Of a stretch of 63,483 bases of DNA, positions 54,384 through 63,483 are shown piece by piece (within the stretch, counting starts at the first letter, position 1; the number at the start of each line of letters is the position of its first letter). This stretch comes from Okamejei kenojei (lineage: Eukaryota). The notes under the pieces are model-generated. The model saw only the letters and a program-made list of their open reading frames with translations, was not told the DNA's origin and did not search any database. The DNA lies in NCBI GenBank assembly GCA_035221665.1, contig CM069132.1:61876001-61939483 (forward strand). The letters are read 5' to 3'. The position numbers and the translations under genes were made by a program.

Positions 54384-54801
54384 ATGACCATGAGTTCGTT
54401 TTTGATAAACTCCAACTACGTTGAGCCAAAATTTCCACCTTGTGAGGAATATTCTCAAAATAACTACATACCAAGCCAATCTCCTGAATACTACGAGCGG
54501 CCGCGGGACACTGGATTCCATCATGAGGCACTATACCCACAATCAAACTACCCAGAGCCGACCTACAGCTTCAACAATGTCCAAGGCACTGGCAACCAAG
54601 ACATGTCGCAAAGAGGTCATATCCAGTCGCAGGCTAGCGTCCAAAATCACATACCGAGACAGAATCAGCTTTGTGAAGTGGTCCCAGTAGCCACACCAGC
54701 TTTGTGTAGCCAAAACGCGAAAAATGCCACTGTACAGAAGGGTACTCTCAGCAAAGAGCCCATAGTTTATCCGTGGATGAAGAAAATTCACGTTACCAAC
54801 G
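54384..54801 (+). CDS. hoxa4: Homeobox protein Hox-A4, exon 1
   Basis: MTMSSFLINSNYVEPKFPPCEEY and KEPIVYPWMKKIHV (PG4). Donor AACG|GTAAGT at 54801/54802. Confidence 0.96.
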
Positions 54802-54879
54802 GTAAGTAACTAAAGCTAACTGAAACAATTAAAATTCACTTGAAATCGGATGTGCGGAACCCTTTCTGTAACTAGCCCT

Positions 54880-54945
54880 TTCATGAGATTTACGATCACC
54901 TAACAGTTAGGTCGGTAATTACAGAGCCCATAAATTTGATTGCCC
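54880..54945. promoter_or_regulatory. HB1 element in the HoxA4 intron
   Basis: GATTTACGAT...GTAATTAC...CCATAAATTTGATTG homeodomain-site cluster typical of Hox4 introns; contains the inverted repeat ACCTAAC-A-GTTAGGT (54898-54912). Confidence 0.7.
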
Positions 54946-55149
54946 TGGATCCCGCTTCTGGCCATGTGTCTTTGATGCTTTTCTAACCTAAATACCCAGA
55001 GCCATTTTATTGCAGTAGATTGTTATCCGTTGTCAGAACACTTGACAAAAAAACTCTGACTTTTATAACCTTCCTTCACGTACATTTAAACCCATTGTCA
55101 GATTCGTGCTTGTCTCTGTATTTATGTTTGGTTACTTTTTTTTGTTCAG

Positions 55150-55475
55150 TGAACCCAAATTACACTGGAGGAGAGCCCAAACGGTCTCGAACTGCTTACA
55201 CGAGACAACAAGTATTAGAGCTGGAGAAGGAGTTCCATTTTAACCGTTACCTAACCAGGCGTCGACGCATTGAAATTGCACACACTCTTTGCCTGTCTGA
55301 ACGCCAGGTGAAGATCTGGTTTCAGAACAGAAGGATGAAATGGAAGAAAGATCACAAACTGCCTAACACTAAGATGCGTTCTGCTAGCTCATCATCTTCT
55401 GCAAGCCAGCAAACACAAGTATCCTCACAGGGCCCACAGCCAGATGGTTCAGCACCAAATTCATCAAGCCTATAG
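55150..55475 (+). CDS. hoxa4: Hox-A4 exon 2 (homeodomain)
   Basis: Acceptor TTCAG ending 55149; encodes [29 protein letters not shown]...[14 protein letters not shown]. Spliced CDS 744 nt, 247 aa. Confidence 0.97.
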
Positions 55476-57697
55476 CTGCTTCGCGTCTCCAACCCCTCTC
55501 CCACAACATAGTTTGGACCAAAATGTGTTTGCCACATAATTGACTTGAATGGGGAAGGATTTCTTGCAAGGAACATTTTCTTCCATGAGATATGCTACTA
55601 ACCTCATTAGGTCAAGCATTTATATTGTGTTAACCCATTCTCAGCAGACTTTTAAAATGTTTTCTGTTTGATTGGGTACATTTAGTATCCTTCATTACCC
55701 CCACATGCGAAGTTCTGTCAAAATGGCTTCTACCATGATATTCATAGCAAAAAAGAGCAAAGGACCGTGAATAATAGATATTGTGAAGAACTGTAAGCGT
55801 CATCATTTCAACTAGTGTAGTCTGTTGAAATATTTGTGAGAATATAAGGATAAACATGTTTGTAGAAAATGAGAAAGGCAGCAATATTTGTGGATGTGGA
55901 AATGGTTTTTAGAGCGAATAAACTGTTCAGATGCTACATATATAGGAAATAAATTATGTCGCCAGCGTTATTTAAGGTGTTTTCTTTATTTTAAATCTGT
56001 ATCCTCTATATAGTTGTGGTACTGATATCAGTGTACGAATGTGCAAAGAGCTTATTCAGAGATTTCAGACGAGTTGTTGTATATTTAACAGTTTTGGTAC
56101 AGTCCAAATGTGACGAAACTGTACAAATCATTGCTAAGATTTGTGTATTTTCTGTGGATATTTCAGTGTGCTATGTGCAGTGCCAAAATGTTGCTAAAAT
56201 TGAAGACACCATTTACTGTGTAAAAACAAAGCCCAAGGCTTTAAATAAAATGTTAATTCGTGGACCATCTCAGTTCTTACGTGTACAATTTACTTGCAGT
56301 CAAGATGGAATAAACACACCAAAACTAAGATTTCCTACTACACCAAAACATGACCATACATTTCAATGATTTAAAAAAATGGTCACATTCTTACCCTAGC
56401 AATGCGGATTTTTTAAAAAAAAGGAAAAACAGGGTGTGATTCCGAAGAATAACTCAGCGAAAGGGGATAAATTATAGTCCAGATCTATAATTCATCTTTC
56501 TACAGCCTCTGCACATCAAGTTCTACGTCACTAGGTCGTAAATAATGCAGTAAAATGTGAAGCGATCAAATAATAAGTCATCTACACGGTGGCGAATGTC
56601 CTTTTATAACCCTAATTGTTGTATTTCTGATCCTGAAAGAGAGTGTAATCACGTGAAATTAGTTTTAGATGGACTTTGCATCCATGGGCCTGAGACATGT
56701 TACGTTTAAAATGCGATATCGATGCTTATAGCAATACGCATTTTCTGAGGCCGGGAAACTTAAATTGCTAGAGTAAATACGCGAATATTTGCTGTGACAC
56801 AATTGTGTTCATCTTGTTGAAAGGGGCTAAATAATTAAGCAACAATTATGTAAATATAAAGTCCTAGTTGACGATGTCTAACATTATGATAATCTAATCT
56901 GTTCGATTATATTATCTGCTTGAAAGAAACCCACAGATATCATGGCTCCTGAAAAGCAGGCTAACCGCAGTATTTTTGTGAAACAAATGATGCATTCTTC
57001 AACATCCTGATGTCGATGTTGATACATGGCTTTGCGTAGCAATTGTTTAAAATTCACACTGGAAAGATTCATTCCTTGCTTTTATTTTTCTCTGCAAATT
57101 CTGCAGATAATAAGAAGTAACGATCTCAATATACTCTATACACCCCATGAGTAGTGAGGGAAATGTAATTAAGCATGATGCAGTCATTTCCTCCCAAAAT
57201 TATTATGCCTAGAAACTGGAATACTCTGTAGTTATGCAAATATTCCCCACAAGTAATCAGAACCTTCGCGAGGAAAAAAATTAAACTCGACTCGACACTT
57301 CACTTTCTTTTTAAACCTGTACATTTTTAAACCTGTACATATAACTTAAAAGATACTTTGCTTTTAAGAAATTACAAATAAACAGCGTTTGCATCAAACA
57401 TAAACTTTATAAAATATGGCTTGTATGAGGTTTACGACCACGGCAAACGAATATAAAAAGGCACAGAAAAGGCGACGAGAAACTTCAGTCTTTAGACAAC
57501 TGTGCTTGCTTATCTGTAAAGAGGAATTTTAAACAGATTGAAAATAACAGATTTTACCCAGAATCATTAATCACTTCATTCAATAAATACTTCTTTGTAT
57601 ACTTCAACAGCAAGTCTGAAGGGTGATCTTTTAGAAAAGTGTATGAACACATTGGATCTCTTGAATAAAATGTGGCCATCTCGGCACACACCATGCC

Positions 57698-57698
<1 letters not shown>

Positions 57699-57746
<48 letters not shown>
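57699..57746. repeat. Poly-C tract (48 nt)
   Basis: Directly visible homopolymer; other G runs at 12590-12611, ~36596-36617 and 52444-52462. Confidence 0.9.
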
Positions 57747-57749
<3 letters not shown>

Positions 57750-58026
57750 CGCGGAACAGTTGTGCTTTAGCTGGGCAACGTTTATTACAACAGGATATTA
57801 TAAAACGCATGTTTTCAAAGGCGAGCAATAATTTTCAACGTAAAAACAGTTTTGGATAGCGCAAGTTGATAATACCCTGTCCTTTACATGACCAAACTTT
57901 TGTTGCAACCAGCACATGAAACCCCGTTTGCATCTTTTTCTTTTGATGTTTTTGGTTTATTGTACACGGAACGGTCTTTTGTAATAAAACGTTGCATTGT
58001 TTGTCAACGGCTGGGCAACCAGAGTG

Positions 58027-58043
58027 AGTTCACCCAGAGGACA
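58027..58043 (+). promoter_or_regulatory. DR5 retinoic acid response element (Hox4 3' neural-enhancer RARE)
   Basis: AGTTCA-cccag-AGGACA about 2.5 kb downstream of the HoxA4 stop, matching the Hoxa4/Hoxd4 3' RARE type. Confidence 0.82.
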
Positions 58044-59339
58044 AATTTTCTGACCGATTAGCCGTTTTTAGCGTTGCAGACTGACCCCCTCAAACCCTTG
58101 ACCTTTAAAAGATGGACAGTGCTCTTTCCACTATTTCCTATGCCAATAGGTAGGAGCCAAAATAATACAGCTCGTTATCCAAGTTAAAATGTCAAAAATG
58201 TAAGCAAAATGTATTAAAACTACATTTAAATGTGCAGCGATATTGAATATTACACACAGACGGCCGCACTCCTGCACATTCTCCCACGGACACATATGCA
58301 CTCACAGACACACGCACATCGATAAACTGCATATGTCTTAACTTTTTAAAATGTGTAGTGTGTGCTTGCGTAAAGAAAAATCGTCCATGATTTATGTACG
58401 AGCTCGGAAAATTGCACGTGATGAGAAACTATGCTTGTTTTGAATGGTTTAGTGTGGAACAATTTTGTAGTTAATGACTTAAGAGGGTGGATTCCATCCT
58501 TCACGAGTAATGAGAGATAATTCACCCACGGGGCACTACATTGTTCTGATTATTGAAGAGAATAACTGAAACATGTTTTTCTGCTAACTTTCTTGATACC
58601 ATATTTGCACACATTTTGCAACTGACATTTTAGAGAGTTATTGGTAATTGATTAAATTATTTCAAAACATTTCTTCACTCGAAATATGTGGAAGTGCATA
58701 ATCGCCAAATGCTCAAAATTTGACACAATAATAAGATTTGAGTTTAAAGCTTAACTGAAATAGGAAGCAGAATTGCCACAAATCGTTAAATTTATTGGGA
58801 TCATCGACTTTTTTTAACAGCATAATGTTCCCTGTCACACTTAAAATAACTAGTCTTATGCACTATGATAATGCTGGGCTTTTGTAGACCTATAGACACA
58901 AAATAAAACCTAATACACATTTGGGTGGTATAAGAAAATATCGACTGCGGCTAGTGAGGGTCGATTCGGTGTCAAATTTAACAGCCTTATGGGGGGTGTA
59001 AAGTCACATATGAAAGAGTTAGCCTTCCGTGTGACGGTTATGTATGCGGGGTACTGTAACACTGAGCTTCAATATCAAACTGTCAGATGGACAATAAAGA
59101 CAGTTTGAAGAAATGCCCAAGAATATTGGACCGAGGCAGCTCGAAATGTAGGTGACATCAATGGTGGACCTGTCAAATCTGGGATCAGCACAGGCCAGTC
59201 ATTTTTGCATTATCACTTACCAGCGAGTATCCAAAGACTAAAAGAAAACCGAACAATAAAGATTCAAGTAAGAAGGACGCAAAGAGAAAAAAAAACACAC
59301 ACCACACTCCAAGATAAAGGGTCACGCGTCTCCTCCGTG

Positions 59340-59541
59340 TATGTATTGAAATTTTAATCTCTCTTGTCACGTGACTCATTAAATAATTAATGCAGCCGGT
59401 CCGGAATAGATATGTAGTCGTCAGTATTCGCACTAGATCTGTTTCAGTCTGATGTGAAAATGAACTTTCCTTAAAAAATAAGTCTATAATTGGAAGATCT
59501 GTCTGAGAAACTGAAGTGGCACAGATCAGCTCAGAATTGTG
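59340..59541 (+). promoter_or_regulatory. Candidate upstream promoter and non-coding first exon of HoxA3 (HoxA3 CDS lies beyond the window)
   Basis: Palindromic E-box GTCACGTGAC (59366-59375), CATTAAATAATTAATG homeodomain sites, donor GTG|GTAAGT at 59541/59542. Confidence 0.6.
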
Positions 59542-59919
59542 GTAAGTAGTGTCTTTGTGATTTGTTTTTTATTTTGCTTATGTTTTAAGATTTTTTTATT
59601 TCTTTAAACTGTCATAAATGTGATGAATAGCGCCCTTTAGTATTCAGATTTAAATCACGGCATGTCTGTGATGGTGTTTAGTCAGTCTCTCGCGTGTCAG
59701 TAATATTTTAGATTTTTTCATGATTAATTGCAACAAATACAAACACATATGATGATGTTCTAGTTCACAGTATGTATGCCTGGATACCACGGTGTAGCTG
59801 TGCTGCTTTGTTCAATTTCCCTGTCGTTAATAAATCACCATCTCTTACATGCGCAGGGCTGAAAGGCAACTGTAGGCAGGAGCGTTTGGAAATGAAGAGG
59901 CATCAGCTAAATTCCTCTA

Positions 59920-59956
59920 TGATTCATTAATTTGAGCGATTTACAATAAATGACAG
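59920..59956 (+). promoter_or_regulatory. Pbx-Hox plus Meis/Prep composite site candidate
   Basis: TGATTCAT (TGATNNAT) at 59920-59927, GATTTAC, and TGACAG at 59951-59956. Confidence 0.5.
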
Positions 59957-62880
59957 AGTTATGGTACTCCTGTAAATGCACTAACATATGTAATTCTAAA
60001 CAAACTACAGCAGTTATTTTGACTATACACTGCTTGATTTGATTCTAGTAACTATGAACCGGACATTACGCATAAGGCTAAAGAGTTACACAGAAACACC
60101 TGTCTTCATTATATTTGCCGATATATTTTCAGCCCTACATATTGCTCAAATATTTTATTCATTGCGTCCCACCTGTATTGGAATAAACTCCGAACTCAAC
60201 TGCACGTTATTGTTATCGCGAAAAAAATTAAAACATTTCAACATTTTTCTAGTTTTTATGTTGTTACCTGGTGAAAGAACATTCATAAAACGAGCATTTG
60301 CTTATGCTCATAATTAAGCACTGCTCCTAATATTTACAATAAAAGATAATTAGTAAAAGTACATAGCACTTAATTAAATGTCTTATCGCTCCAGTCAAGT
60401 ACATTTTATTATTCCTACTATTGGTTATGATCAATCAAAACAAGACAATTGCAACAGTACACCGGCTGGTACAATGCTTGAACTTCCGGGCTGGCATTCC
60501 AATAAAACACTTATGTAATTGGATCCACCTCCTAAAATTAGAACAGCGCGACGACTTTATGAGTTACTATGTGGCAACTAATGCACGATACTATAATTTA
60601 ACAATAAATGCTTCTTTCAGATCTTTTTCTCTCGATCCAAGAAGCAACCAGAATAACCCCAATGAGCATTGAGAAAGTCTAGAGCTCGAAGTTAAAGGTT
60701 AAAAAAAAGAATTAATTGTAATTGTAATTTCATGTCTACTTTCAGGTAGACTCATTTTGTTTTAGAGTAACAGGTGGTTTGGTGCTACAGTTCATCGGAA
60801 TCAGTGGGCACTAAATGAAAATGTCATTTATTTTTTCCAACTCCGTTATAAGATGAGAGGTTGTGTGCTCTCCACAGAGCTGATTCCATCCATGTTAAAA
60901 TGTATTACCCAGTCGCAAAAGGTAGTCATGGAGCCATTTGAGAGTGTCAGTTTGGTGGTTAGTTGAGGGAACAAAAGCCTTGGGTACTTCCTTTGTTTGG
61001 CGTTCACAGCAACCTCAAAGAATTCACAAGAGCCACAAACATAGAGCTTGATTTATTTTTAAAAATCGAGAGTAAAATCAAGATCACAATAACTGGTTAT
61101 TTCGAGGAAAACAACTTTTAAGTATTATTAAATATCGCTTATGCGTCCATCATATTCATCGGTTGGGGAAGGTTAACTACAATTGAGCAAGGGAATTCTG
61201 TTCCTTTAAATGTTAATTTGTTGTCGAAAAGATTGATAAAATGTGAGTGCTTTGTGCAACTGCCTCTTTATTTGTATATGGTACCAATGTTACTCCAATG
61301 TAAACCTCCCTACTCTCTATGTTTATAAAGTTGGCAGGCAAGTTTCATCCCACGTACGAATTTATTGAAGCTAACACGCGATTCCTCAGCTATAATCAAC
61401 AAAATAGAATGAAAGGGTTTGAAAATACTACCATGTTTCTTTGTTTAATTATTACCCGACTAACAAGGAAATTTAAAAAAACACCGCCTATTTCCGTTTC
61501 CCTCAACTCTCTATTTCATGTAAATATCTACATTCGCTGCATTTCCGATTTGAAGCAGTTTTATCACGGGCAAAAGAAAACAAAGTTTAGAGAAATATTC
61601 ATTTTCGGCCATCTCGAGATAGAACATTGAAAATCCAATAAATATGATAAAATGTTCAGCTTAAGTGCTCATGTTCATCACGCTTAAGTTCTTGCTTTAA
61701 AAAGAGGCTGCCAGTAAGAAAAGGCCACAAGAAAGGATTTGATTTGGGGTAGAACGGCAAAGGCGTCTTCAGTCTGTCCGTTTACTCCTTCAAACCTATC
61801 GCGTTATTGGCAATATTGCGTCCGCAGTAAATCGAGTAAATAGTATTGCCAGCTTGTTTACAAGTGATACGAAAGCACAAATTTTCTGGTTAGTTTAAAC
61901 TGTCGTTTGATAACTGGAGTCGTTTTATGGCGTGGAATGAGGAGTGCAATAAATTACTCGGCCTTAATGCTTTGTTGTGATGGGTTTGTCAATTGCACCC
62001 GCATGCAGAAATTAGTTTCTTATATGCCACTCTTAAACTGAAAGCAGCTAAGATTTTACTGATCCTTAGCTGCTTATTTTTAGAATATTTCCTTTTAACG
62101 CTTACACCAATTAAATATAACAAAACATTGATGTTTTATTTGGACCTCGTTTATTGGCTTTTTATAAATTACTCAACGATCACGCAATTTTATGAAGATA
62201 AACGTCTGAAAAATGTTCGTGAAATCCCTGTTCATTTACTGTTCTGAGGTCTAATATTTTCGTCCAAAATAATGTATTTTATTCGCTCGTGGGCGAAGTG
62301 AACGAACACCTATTATGCGATTTCACTGCAACAAATTATGTTCTGTGTAGTTTTGCATTTGTTAGTTACTAATGTCTAAATGGTTGTCTTTTTAAACAAA
62401 ATCTAAATCTATCTTCCATAAACGTGTAGCGGTGTTTGGTGTTTAAAGTGCAAATCCTATTCACTCTGTACGTTGCACGGCTTCAGCCTTACCTCGCTAA
62501 CACATTGGGACTTGGGTCTCCTCAAGACTGGTGCAGCTGTTTCTAAATCAACTGTTTCATAATGTAATGCCAGTTTGCAAACATGCTAACCTAACAATGA
62601 ACCACAAAAACTTTATTGTATGCGGTTAATAATCAGATTTAATCCAGATTCTGCGAACAATTATTTTTAAGTCACGTGAACGGATTCCATAGGTTTTTTT
62701 TCCCTGTCGGCTTGGCCCTGCTTGTTTGCTGGTCGTTTTTTTCTCGCCTTCTCTAATACATAGATCTCACTGAAAACGAATACCCCAGACGGCTGCAGAA
62801 ACGTATAAGGGAAACAGTTCAGCAGTTTGAGGGCACCAAATCAGTATTTGTGGAGTAACTTCATTCTCTGGCCTTTCTAG

Positions 62881-63067
62881 TTTGAGAGAGGTCTGCAGAA
62901 AGGAAATGTGCCTGGAGCAAATACACAGCAATATATTTAAAACAGCCGGATAATTTGAAAAATGTAGAATCTACAGTTGAAACTTTCCCCCTGTAAAGCA
63001 CATTATCAATTTCACAGCAGTCTTTATCTGTCCTTTGAGGCTGGATTGGATTTGGCTGAATTGTCAG
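62881..63067 (+). other. Candidate internal non-coding exon (HoxA3 5' UTR)
   Basis: Acceptor TTCTCTGGCCTTTCTAG ending 62880 and strong donor CAG|GTAAGC at 63067/63068. Confidence 0.45.
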
Positions 63068-63483
63068 GTAAGCTATACGACTTCTTTGTAGCTCTGTCTA
63101 TCTGCACAGAGGATAAATTCCAGTCTAGTTAGTAATTGATGGCTCAAAACTTGACCTAAGGAAAGGGAAGTCATTGCTTATCGTCAAGCCCGAAGGCCCC
63201 TTTATTCGCATTCTCCTTTCTTTATAATGCCTGTGTTGATAAAAGTTACGTTCTCGAATATTTATGGCCGAATTATATATTTTTAGAAGTCGTTTCGGAA
63301 AATCCTAAAATGGATAAACAATCTGACTCTGGAAAGAAAAATCTAACAAAATGCCTTGGGCTTTAAGAGGAGTCAGTGCTTGGATGGTTCCATCTGCCCA
63401 GTGCACTGCTCTAACTTTTCTGGGGGCGAATATTCGACCATGTCCATGTACAAATATCAGGAAGTTTCCTTCTCCAAAGATAC

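Noticed and set aside
54088-54546. 152-aa antisense ORF over the HoxA4 5' end, and similar shadow ORFs over other Hox exons
   Set aside because: No recognisable domain; expected by-products of GC-richer coding exons.
57308-57339. 16-bp tandem duplication TTTTTAAACCTGTACA
   Set aside because: Ordinary slippage duplication with no further structure.
57595-57831. Poly-Pro/poly-Gly ORFs (also at ~48000-48380, 12406-12633 and 36483-36701)
   Set aside because: Translations of G/C homopolymers and (TG)n repeats; homopolymer lengths may be unreliable.

Overview
Vertebrate genomic DNA: the central part of a HoxA cluster, most likely from a cartilaginous fish. This is inferred from the AT-rich unduplicated cluster keeping both HoxA6 and HoxA7, compact proteins without the mammalian Gly/Ala tracts, and a DeuSINE-type tail. 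The + strand carries six two-exon Hox genes in colinear order (HoxA10, HoxA9, HoxA7, HoxA6, HoxA5, HoxA4), all with phase-1 GT-AG introns, and a miR-196 hairpin between HoxA10 and HoxA9. The most notable unannotated signal is a heavily decayed but colinear two-exon paralog-group-8 gene fossil (psi-HoxA8, ~27207-28200) between HoxA9 and HoxA7. About 3.2 kb upstream of it is an element resembling the Hoxc8 early-enhancer core. Also present: clustered miR-196 sites in the HoxA7 and HoxA9 3' UTRs, uORFs whose stops overlap the HoxA7 and HoxA4 start codons, an in-frame TGA in the conserved HoxA10 N-terminal extension, DR5 RAREs flanking HoxA4, candidate CTCF sites, several candidate non-coding exons with promoters, and four assembly gaps. 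Comparisons with mammalian sequences are from memory and need alignment to confirm.
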